Shown piece by piece: positions 8,888 through 17,320 of a stretch of 64,000 nt of DNA (within the stretch, counting starts at the first letter, position 1; each line of letters starts with the position of its first letter). The position numbers were made by a program, and so were the translations under genes. The DNA is from Nitrospira sp. (GTDB taxonomy: Bacteria; Nitrospirota; Nitrospiria; Nitrospirales; Nitrospiraceae): positions 17,553-81,552 of the forward strand of contig SWDG01000006.1 in NCBI GenBank assembly GCA_005116965.1. Direction: 5' to 3'. The notes beneath the pieces are model-generated. The model made no database searches. It saw nothing but the letters and a program-made list of their open reading frames with translations, and was not told where the DNA came from.

Positions 8888-9867
8888 GCGCATCGGAACA
8901 GTCCAAAGGGTCACGGAAAATCGGCACGACCGGACGTGGAATTGGACCCTCGTATGCCGACAAGATGGCGCGGATCGGAATTCTCATGGGGGATCTGCTG
9001 AACCCACCATTGTTCAAGAAAAAACTCGAAGAAAATCTTATCGAGATGAACTGGTTCTTAGAGCGACTCTACAAAGTTGAGACATTTCAGGTCGACAAAG
9101 TCTTCGACCAATATATGGCGTATGCCGATCGACTCAGGAGTTATATCGTCGATACAACCACGTTGCTCAATCGCGCGATTGGGAAGAACAAGACTGTCTT
9201 GTTTGAAGGGGCGCAAGGTACGCATCTGGATGTGGATTTCGGCACCTATCCTTACGTGACTTCGTCCAGTTCAGCGGCAGGTGGCGCTTGTACGGGAACT
9301 GGCGTGGGTCCCACGATGATCGATGCGGTTCTGGGCATTGCGAAGGCCTATACCACCAGGGTGGGCAGTGGCCCCTTTCCAACTGAGCTGACCGACGAGG
9401 TCGGACAGGGGTTACAAGAACGTGGAAAGGAGTTCGGTTCGACTACCGGGCGTGCCAGAAGATGTGGCTGGTTCGATGCTGTCGTCGTCCGCCATGCGAC
9501 ACAAGTCAACGGATTATCCTCCCTGGCCGTGACCAAGCTCGATGTGCTCGACGGCTGCAAGGAGTTGAAACTTTGTACCGGCTACAGGTATGGGAACACC
9601 ATTCATAAAGACATGCCGGCCGATCTGGACGTGTTGACCGGTTGCGAGCCGGTCTATCAACGGATGAAAGGGTGGACCGCTGCGACGACAGGGATGACCA
9701 GCTATAAGCGGCTCCCGGTCGAAGCGAAACGATACCTTGCCCGCATCGAAGAGTTGGCACAGTGCCGAATCGACATGATTTCGACCGGATCCAAGCGTGC
9801 CGAAACGATCATGCTCCGCAATCCGTTGGATTGTTCTCGACGGCGTTCTCGGTTGACCGGCCACTGA
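8878..9867 (+). pseudogene. purA: adenylosuccinate synthetase lacking its first ~110-130 codons
   Basis: The frame reads [34 protein letters not shown]..., then FEGAQGTHLDVDFGTYPYVTSS and TTGRARRCGWFD. The N-terminal GDEGKG P-loop region is absent. The frame is closed by TAA at 8827-8829, and sequence upstream of ~8878 is not PurA-like. Confidence 0.75.
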
Positions 9868-10328
9868 CGAGTGGGCGATCTCAATCATTTCTTGTTGCCC
9901 TCCAGACTGCTTGCGCTCTCACTCAACGTGCAACGAGATGCGACCAACACATGAGCGCCGAAGAGCATGCGACTCTGAGCCTGAGCTTGGCTCACTGCCA
10001 TTCACTGCGGACCATGGTGTCTGTGGTGAGACATGTCCAGCACCGGGAGCCACGAATTAGGCAGTAGCCCCCCTGTCGCGCCTGTACTGCACAGACGCAG
10101 GTCACTGCCTGAACCCGTCAGTCTCTGCGATCGCGGAAACTTACGGACTCTTGGCTGTGGCAATCTATCCAGACCTCAGCTGACTGAGGGCTGCTTACCT
10201 GAAGAGATTACCGGACGGCTCCGCTGCGCGGATCCTGACGACATGCGCAAACACCTCTCGTAAGAAAGCATTGTGGTAGGCTCCTTCAGAGAATCGCGTC
10301 ACTCTGGATAACACCTGCGAGACCTTAC

Positions 10329-11819
10329 GTGAATCTCAACGACCGTCTTCGAAGTTCCATCTCTTGGTTGGCTTGTTCGAAAGTGGTCGTGCAAGGCATC
10401 TCGCTCCTCAGTACCCTAATAGTTGCTCGATTACTGACGCCGGACAATTATGGGGTGATGGCACTTTCGGCCTTTTGGACATCATCCCTGTTGATGGTGA
10501 GCGAACTGGGAGCGGGCGCGGCGGTCATCCAGTTTCAGAATCTCAAAAAGCAAGAGCTGAATATCCTCTTCGGGTTCACGACCAGCTTATCACTCCTCGG
10601 CTATCTTGTGCTGTTCCTGCTCGCTCCGTTCATCGGAGACTGGTTCGCCAGCGAGCAGCTTTCGTCAGTGCTCCGCGTCGCCGGCATGGCACTTCCCATC
10701 GCGACGCTCAGAGTTGTTCCCGAGGGACTCTTGCGCAAAGAATTTCGGTTTGATCTCATCGCGAAGACCAACATCGTGTCGTCATCGTTATCGATTCCTG
10801 TTGCGTTGATGTGTGCATTTTCCGGTGCAGGCGTATGGGCGTTGGTTGCATCCTCGCTCGTGGGCGCACTGGCGCAGACGCTTCTGATTTTTCACTACGA
10901 GCAATGGCGGCCATCCACTGCTATGAAATCAGAACGCTGGGATCGGCTCATGCGATTTTGTCTGCAGTCTTTTGGAGGGAGAATCTGTTGGGCCGTGTAT
11001 CAACAGTTGGACGTATTGATCCTAGGAAAATTTGAAGGAGCTGTGAGTGTCGGGATCTACACGATGGCGCTGCAACTAATCACGTTTCCAGTCGAGAAAG
11101 TGTTCAGCATCGTGAATGAAATCGCGTATCCTGCCATGGCGCACCTTCAAGACGATGTGGCACAACTCCGTTCTTCATTCGCACAGAGTCTCCGTATCCT
11201 CACGGCAGTGGCATGTCCGCTGTATATCGGGCTGGCCTTCGTAGCGGAGGATCTTATTCAAATCATTCTGACTGACAAATGGAGTGATTCCGCAGGGGTA
11301 CTCAAATTGCTGGTGCCCTATGGATTGCTTACCGCACTTGCCGTGTTACCTGCGCCGATTCTGCTATCTCGGTATCGAGCCGATCTCGTCTTCCGGTACA
11401 CGTTTGCACAATTATTAATCATGCCACTGGCCTTTTGGATTGGAGCGCGTCAGGCTGGGGCAATTGGAGTCGCGATGGCCTGGGTGGTTGTCTATCCGTT
11501 TAGCCTGTCTTGGCTGTTCATTCAGGTGTTCAGGGAAGTGCAGATTACCTGGTATGAAGCATGGGTGGCGGTCAAGCCAGCTATGAGTGCGGCCGCATGC
11601 ATGGGTGCTGCGCTCATGGCGCTTAAAATTGGACTGGCTCATGGAGGCGTAAACCAAGCAGCCGTTACGTTGGTGATCACCGTTGTTACTGGAGCCGTGA
11701 CCTATGTGTGCGGATTGTGGGTATATGGGAGAGATCTCTTAATCGAGATGCTCGCAATGAGTACCTCACTGGTTCGGAGAAATGCTCCCGCCAAAGAAAA
11801 GCTTCCCGCTCGCGACTGA
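10329..11819 (+). CDS. polysaccharide/oligosaccharide flippase (Wzx-like, MOP superfamily)
   Basis: 496 aa with roughly 12-14 hydrophobic segments. The N-terminus KVVVQGISLLSTLIVARLLTPDNYGVMAL is typical of the PST family. GTG start. Confidence 0.75.
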   Translation: MNLNDRLRSSISWLACSKVVVQGISLLSTLIVARLLTPDNYGVMALSAFWTSSLLMVSELGAGAAVIQFQNLKKQELNILFGFTTSLSLLGYLVLFLLAPFIGDWFASEQLSSVLRVAGMALPIATLRVVPEGLLRKEFRFDLIAKTNIVSSSLSIPVALMCAFSGAGVWALVASSLVGALAQTLLIFHYEQWRPSTAMKSERWDRLMRFCLQSFGGRICWAVYQQLDVLILGKFEGAVSVGIYTMALQLITFPVEKVFSIVNEIAYPAMAHLQDDVAQLRSSFAQSLRILTAVACPLYIGLAFVAEDLIQIILTDKWSDSAGVLKLLVPYGLLTALAVLPAPILLSRYRADLVFRYTFAQLLIMPLAFWIGARQAGAIGVAMAWVVVYPFSLSWLFIQVFREVQITWYEAWVAVKPAMSAAACMGAALMALKIGLAHGGVNQAAVTLVITVVTGAVTYVCGLWVYGRDLLIEMLAMSTSLVRRNAPAKEKLPARD

Positions 11820-12644
11820 TCTGTTTCCTTTTCCATTCTGTTCAGATCACCCGACCTTTCAGACTAGCGGTTTCGTTAAGCCTACTGATCTTGGGGTCTG
11901 ACAGGAATGTATCAGGCCTGCTAGAGGCGGAAGCTGAGGGGGAACATTTGAATGGTTGTTTCTTGAGCCTTAAGGAGGAGCGTGTCTGGCAAGGCGTTGC
12001 AAACATTTGACGAGGAACGGCACAGAGCTGGGACTGGCGCTATTGGCGTGGCCATGGATGCTCATTATGGTGTCCCGCACTACTGGATCTGGTCCAATGC
12101 AGTGTCTAGATTGCTCGATTTCAAATCAGCACCGCTTTCTCTTGCCGAATGATCCCTCGGCTTCTGTGGTACGCAGAGAGTGGTTGGTTTACTACGGGCT
12201 TGTACTCGCGGGACCAACGCGTGGGCAATGAAATCGACTAAGCAAGTCAACTGTGAGGTGAGACGTGCATACCCCTACTAACGAGTGAGGACAATTTCGT
12301 CAGGCATCTGCTACCGTGCCACACTTGCTCTACTCTACAGCTTGCTGCGGAGAACTTTAGTTCTCCCTAAGGTGAGAGGCGTGTGAAATCCAGAGCAGTC
12401 AAGATGCATCACCGCCTTCTCTATTCTTGTTGATGGGCTGGAGTGTTTTTACACCGCCGTGCAGGTGTTGAAGTTTCGTTCTCGTTTTGAGCTGCGAGTA
12501 CGGAAGAGCTTATCGATCCATCGCAATCCTCTTTGTCGGATGGATTCAGTGTGCCCACAATTAGGCCGAAGAATGGGCCAGCCACCTGTACCAAACGGAC
12601 GACTTTTTCGGCGCGATCGAGTTTTTCGTTAGCTGGAGGTGTAT

Positions 12645-14228
12645 ATGTTGGCCTATTCCTCTGCTACTGCCTCATCAAGCATGAAACTCGGCAGCTTCTT
12701 CGGTGATTACTTCATTTCTATCCGAAAGCAGGAAGGCGAGTTTACGGTAAAGGGGAACAAGGATCTATTCATCGGTCACCAAATCGGTGAAGAAGGGACC
12801 TTCTTACAATGGGAATGGACAGGGCTTCAATTGGTGGTCCGCAACGATCGGTATGGTTTATGTCCAGCATATTATAGTCAAGGGCCCAAGGGATTCATCA
12901 TCGCAACTTCCGTTCAACGCCTGATAGCGGAAGGTGTCTCTCCAGAACTAAACTACGACGCATTGGCGGTATTCCTTCGTCTCGGCACGTTTGTCGGAGA
13001 CGATACTCCATACTCGGCTATTCGAGCCCTGCCGCCGGGCACACAGTTTACATGGTCGGGTGGCAGCGAATGTCCTACCGGGTGTGTGATCCTAGGTGAA
13101 GCCACGACCGGCCTCACCCGTGAAGCGGCCTACGAGCGCTACAACGAGCTTTTCAGCGAGGCCGTTCAAAGAAGATCGACTGTTGCCGGTGATGTGGCAG
13201 TTGCTCTTTCGGGGGGGATGGACTCGCGGCATATCCTCTTAGAGCTATGCCGACTGGGAAGAAAGCCAAAGCTTTGCGTGACGGCTCAGATCTATTCGGG
13301 TGAGTCCAGTGAAGATTTGGATTATGCCAAACAAGTGGCCCAAGCTCTCGCGGTCCCCCACATCGAAATCGAACAACCAAGGGATTGGTTGAATGCGGAA
13401 ATTCAGAAGCTCCAGGCCACTAGCCTCGGTGCCTTGGAGCATAATTGGGGGATGGTCGTTGGACCTTATTTGCAACACAAAGTTGTGACGGTTTTTGATG
13501 GCTTGGGGGGGGATGTGCTCTCGGACTGTCGACACATTGTCACGCCTGCGCGACATGAGGCTTTCCACGCTGGACGCTTTGCCGTCCTTGCTGAGGACTT
13601 TCTGCAAAATGAGTACGGAGGCGTCCGCTATTTGAAGCCCGAACTGGCACGGCTGTTAAGCCGTGAACGGGCTATTCACCGCCTCTCGGTCGAGGCCGCG
13701 CGTTTTGCTGGGGCTCCCAATCCGGTAGTAGCCTTTACGTTCTGGAATCGGACTCGCCGAGCCGTCAGTCTGCTCCCTCATGGAGTTTGGAATCGATCGG
13801 TACAGGTGTTGACTCCATTTCTCGACCATACATTGTTTGACTTCCTCATCGGTCTCCCCGTGGAGTTCGTCGGAGACTATACCTTTCATGCCGAAACGAT
13901 CCGGCGCCACTATCCCACCCTCGCGCACATTCCATTTGTTTCAGGCCCTTGCCGAAGACCGAGCAACGGATCCCCTATTTTTCGAAAGATGGCACTCGAT
14001 CTGCTAACGCATGGGCTCCGATCCATTCCCTCATCCTACGTATCATTTCGACATGTCTTGCCACGGCTCATGAGGGCAATCATTGATCCAAGTTATAGCC
14101 CCTCTGTGCTATGGTTGGGACCAAGCATGTTGTATGGATTGGAACTGGAGAATTGCTCGACAGCCTCTAAATTCTTTGATGGCTTCAGCCAACCCGCGAG
14201 CTCGATCAACAGAATGGATGCTGAGTAG
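12645..14228 (+). CDS. asparagine synthetase B-like PP-loop ATPase with a degenerate N-terminal domain
   Basis: Has the PP-loop VALSGGMDSRHILLEL and the N-terminal remnant VVRNDRYGLCPAYYS...IIATSVQRL. It lacks the Met-Cys Ntn nucleophile. GGAGG lies 5 nt upstream of ATG 12645; the ORF is open from GTG 12639. Confidence 0.7.
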   Translation: MLAYSSATASSSMKLGSFFGDYFISIRKQEGEFTVKGNKDLFIGHQIGEEGTFLQWEWTGLQLVVRNDRYGLCPAYYSQGPKGFIIATSVQRLIAEGVSPELNYDALAVFLRLGTFVGDDTPYSAIRALPPGTQFTWSGGSECPTGCVILGEATTGLTREAAYERYNELFSEAVQRRSTVAGDVAVALSGGMDSRHILLELCRLGRKPKLCVTAQIYSGESSEDLDYAKQVAQALAVPHIEIEQPRDWLNAEIQKLQATSLGALEHNWGMVVGPYLQHKVVTVFDGLGGDVLSDCRHIVTPARHEAFHAGRFAVLAEDFLQNEYGGVRYLKPELARLLSRERAIHRLSVEAARFAGAPNPVVAFTFWNRTRRAVSLLPHGVWNRSVQVLTPFLDHTLFDFLIGLPVEFVGDYTFHAETIRRHYPTLAHIPFVSGPCRRPSNGSPIFRKMALDLLTHGLRSIPSSYVSFRHVLPRLMRAIIDPSYSPSVLWLGPSMLYGLELENCSTASKFFDGFSQPASSINRMDAE

Positions 14229-14339
14229 GGCAAGAAGCCTCTCGATCGCACCACCTCATGAAGAATCCTGATTGACAACGCGTTATCCGGTAGTGCAGCA
14301 TCGGCTTCTTGTCAGCAGCCAGCCCACATTGAATTGGGT

Positions 14340-14415
14340 GAGCCGGTAGCTCAGTCGGTAGAGCATCGCCCTTTTAAGGCGAGGGCCCTGGGTTCGAGTC
14401 CCAGCCGGCTCACCA
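14340..14415 (+). tRNA. tRNA-Lys (anticodon UUU), CCA encoded
   Basis: Hand-folded cloverleaf: acceptor GAGCCGG/CCGGCTC, D stem GCTC/GAGC, anticodon stem TCGCC/GGCGA with loop CTTTTAA, T stem CTGGG/CCCAG with loop TTCGAGT, discriminator A, then CCA. Confidence 0.9.
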
Positions 14416-14661
14416 TTAAACATTAACGAGTTAGTGCATCAGGCCTATGCCATCCGCATTCCTTGCTTCAATTTTGTGCCAACCTTGAATAGCTTTTCCA
14501 GTACGCTAACTGTCAAAGGTTCCTTCTTCAGGATAAAGTCCGAGGGCAACCTCGAACGTGTCTAGGGCGGATACCGGGGGCTTCTTTCGGCTTTACCCTG
14601 TTGCGTTGCAAGCAGAGAATCTTGTGAGGTAGCCGAGAGATGGAGAGCGTGCAGATTCAGT

Positions 14662-14997
14662 CTATTGAGTCAACATCGCTCGAACCGCTTGGTTGAGCGT
14701 TGGGACTTTGTTCTTCACGATGTCCCAGACGATTTCCGAATCGAGGCCGAAATACTCATGAATCAGAATGTCGCGAAGCCCGGCCATTTTCTTCCATTCC
14801 AGTGACGGATATTGGGCTCGGAGGTCTTCTGGAAGTTTCTTGACTGCCTCACCAATCACTTCGAGATTCCGGACCACGGCATCGAAGGTCTTCTCATCTT
14901 CAAGAAACGCGGCTTTGGATAGGTTCGCCGTATAGGATGCGATCTTGCGAGTGGCCTCCAGAATATCTTCCAGGTAGACCCTAGAATCCCGGGGCAT
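14662..14997 (-). CDS. hepT: HepT (DUF86, HEPN-fold) toxin
   Basis: 111 aa. The R-x4-H-x-Y motif is present in GLRDILIHEYFG. It overlaps the upstream mntA by 17 nt. Confidence 0.85.
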   Translation of the reverse strand: MPRDSRVYLEDILEATRKIASYTANLSKAAFLEDEKTFDAVVRNLEVIGEAVKKLPEDLRAQYPSLEWKKMAGLRDILIHEYFGLDSEIVWDIVKNKVPTLNQAVRAMLTQ

Positions 14998-15280
14998 AGA
15001 CGGCTTCTCGTTGAATAATCGGCAGGAGGCGCGGCTTGATGGAACTCATCGTGACTAGGTCCACGCGTGACTGGAAGAGGTCTTCAAGGAAGAGCTTCGT
15101 ATCCATATAGGCATCGAAGGACTTCTCCGACAGCTCGACTACAAAATCGAGATCACTCCCTGGCATGGCCTCGCCCCGGGCATAGGACCCAAACAGGCCA
15201 AGCCGGCGAACTCCCAATCTTCTTAGGGTCGCCTGATTTTGCTCAACGAGCTTCAGCACTTCGTCTCGACTTGTGAGCAT
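14981..15280 (-). CDS. mntA: MntA-type nucleotidyltransferase antitoxin
   Basis: Has GSYARGEAMPGSDLDFVV (GS-x10-DxD). The ORF is open to 15379; the start is placed at ATG 15280. Confidence 0.85.
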   Translation of the reverse strand: MLTSRDEVLKLVEQNQATLRRLGVRRLGLFGSYARGEAMPGSDLDFVVELSEKSFDAYMDTKLFLEDLFQSRVDLVTMSSIKPRLLPIIQREAVYAPGF

Positions 15281-15872
15281 CGCTGGAGGATTCCTTCTGG
15301 TTCGATCACGCTCTTGCATACGATCCATGCACCGGATTCCACAATCTGTCCTCCGATGAGATCGTGAGTATTCTAGCATGAGGAAGAGTAGGTGGCATCA
15401 TCAGGACTTCTTTTCTGAGCCATCTTCCGTTCAGGGAGTGCTACTCGGAACAAATGCTGCGCGAGACACTGTTCGCGGTCGCCTGCGGGCAGTGCCTCAA
15501 TCTGAACCTGTAAGCACCACTCCAAGTAGCCTCTCAGGAAGAGCCCAACCGAGCAATATTGCAGCAAATAGTTGCGAAACCGGTGCAATAGCGAGCACTT
15601 GTCACAACCTCTTTCATCAGGACGAACTCTGGCTCTATCTCCTCAACTTGAACTGATCCAGAATTTATTCGGGATTGGAGTCTCAGTTGGTTCATTCAGT
15701 TGCTCTCATCGCTCCGTCGCTCGTCCTCCTCTTTTGTGGTCCTGCCTTTGCAAACCTACTGGTTCGACGCACCAAACAGAGACAAACTGATGCATAATGC
15801 GCCAGGCAGTCTGGTTCGCTGTCGCATTTTGGGGCAGGCGAAGCTTTGTACTTTGCTTAAGGGGAGAATGTC

Positions 15873-17252
15873 ATGACCGAAGAATGGGGCGCGATCCTCG
15901 TCGTCGATGATGATGCAGATATGCGGGAATTGGCCTATGACATGCTGAAAGATCGAGGTCATCAGGTCACGATGGCTGGCAGTGGAGAGGAAGCGCTGAA
16001 ACGATTGGCCGAAGAAGACCATGCGGTCGTCCTCACGGATCTTCGTATGAAAGGGATGCAGGGGCTTGAATTGCTGACCCAGATCAAACGAGACCATCCG
16101 GAGATCAACGTGATTCTCATGACCGCCTTTGGATCGGTCGAGACGGCGGTCGAAGCGATGAAACACGGGGCGAGCGACTATCTCACCAAGCCGGTCAAGA
16201 AAGACGAGCTGATCCGCGTCATCGAACGGGTGATCAGAGAAGCGGCGCTTCGGCGGGAGGTCAGACGGCTTAGAAAAGAGGTCCACAAGGAATACAGTTT
16301 TCATCACATCTTAGGTAAGAGCAAGGCGATCCAGGCGGTGTTCGATTTGATTCGCCGGGTGGCTGATAGTCCGACCAACGTCCTGATTACAGGAGAAAGT
16401 GGGACAGGCAAAGAATTGGTTGCCAAAGCCATTCACTACAACAGTGACAGAAAGGACGCTCCCTTTATTCCGGTGAACTGTGCGGCGATTCCGGAGCAAC
16501 TCTTGGAGAGTGAACTGTTCGGGCATATGCGAGGCGCCTTTACCGATGCGAAGATGGATAAGCGGGGGCTGTTTGAAGAAGCGCAGAAAGGCACGCTGTT
16601 TCTCGACGAGATCAGTGAGCTGCCGCTCATGCTTCAGGCCAAAATTCTTCGCGCGATTCAGGAAAAGGAAATCCGGCGGGTCGGAGCGAACAAGTCGATT
16701 TCGGTGGATGTGCGCATCATCGCGGCCACTAACTTGAACCTCAATGAGGAGATCAAGAATAAGCGCTTTCGGGAAGATTTGTACTACCGACTCAACGTCA
16801 TTGAGCTGAAGTTGCCGCCGTTACGAGAACGACGCGAAGATATTCCGCTCCTGGTAGAGGCCTTTCTTAAGAAGTGCGGCGAGGCCCGAGGGAAGGAGGT
16901 CAAGGGTGTCAGCGAGGCCACTTTGGCGATGTTGATGGACTATGCCTGGCCCGGGAACGTGCGCGAACTGGAGAATGTCATCGAGCGGGCTGTGACGCTC
17001 AGCCGGGGGGAGAAGATCTCGCCCGATGATCTGCCCACGCCGGTGCAAGGGGCACGCGGCGACCGGCGTGTCTTGGACGAAGCGGCTGAGCAGGCGCTGC
17101 CCCTGCATGAGCTTGAAAAAGAGTACATTAAGAAGATCCTCGAAAAAACCGGCGGCAACAAGTATCAGGCCGCTCATGCCCTTGGCATCGATCGCAAGAC
17201 CCTGTATCGTAAGCTCGCCGAAATCGAGGGCAAGCCTCATCCAGAGGAATAA
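15873..17252 (+). CDS. sigma-54-dependent response regulator (REC-AAA+-Fis HTH, NtrC family)
   Basis: The REC domain has VVDDDADMR...LTDLRMKGM. The AAA+ domain has [14 protein letters not shown] and LFLDEISE. The C-terminus reads NKYQAAHALGIDRKTLYRKL. Confidence 0.9.
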   Translation: MTEEWGAILVVDDDADMRELAYDMLKDRGHQVTMAGSGEEALKRLAEEDHAVVLTDLRMKGMQGLELLTQIKRDHPEINVILMTAFGSVETAVEAMKHGASDYLTKPVKKDELIRVIERVIREAALRREVRRLRKEVHKEYSFHHILGKSKAIQAVFDLIRRVADSPTNVLITGESGTGKELVAKAIHYNSDRKDAPFIPVNCAAIPEQLLESELFGHMRGAFTDAKMDKRGLFEEAQKGTLFLDEISELPLMLQAKILRAIQEKEIRRVGANKSISVDVRIIAATNLNLNEEIKNKRFREDLYYRLNVIELKLPPLRERREDIPLLVEAFLKKCGEARGKEVKGVSEATLAMLMDYAWPGNVRELENVIERAVTLSRGEKISPDDLPTPVQGARGDRRVLDEAAEQALPLHELEKEYIKKILEKTGGNKYQAAHALGIDRKTLYRKLAEIEGKPHPEE

Positions 17253-17320
17253 TTGCCAGGTTCTGATCATCACGACAAGATCGTGAACTGACACTCCCGC
17301 TCCAGGCCGAGATCGATCAC

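Noticed and set aside
12645-14228. Lasso-peptide cyclase interpretation of the AsnB-like gene
   Set aside because: No transglutaminase-like leader protease, PqqD-like RRE or plausible precursor ORF is adjacent, so I kept the generic AsnB-like call.
14416-14661. Integrase or att site downstream of tRNA-Lys
   Set aside because: No recombinase-like ORF exists in any frame, and I could not find a repeat of the tRNA 3' end within the next ~1.5 kb. The mobile-element idea is kept only as a low-interest hypothesis.
15828-15845. Sigma-54-like motif TGGGGCAGGCGAAGCT upstream of the NtrC-family gene
   Set aside because: GG and GC are correctly spaced, but both hexamers are otherwise poor (AAGC instead of TTGC), so the match is too weak to report.
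15756-16307. 183-aa minus-strand ORF
   Set aside because: It is antisense to the REC/AAA+ region of the NtrC-family activator and has no motifs of its own.
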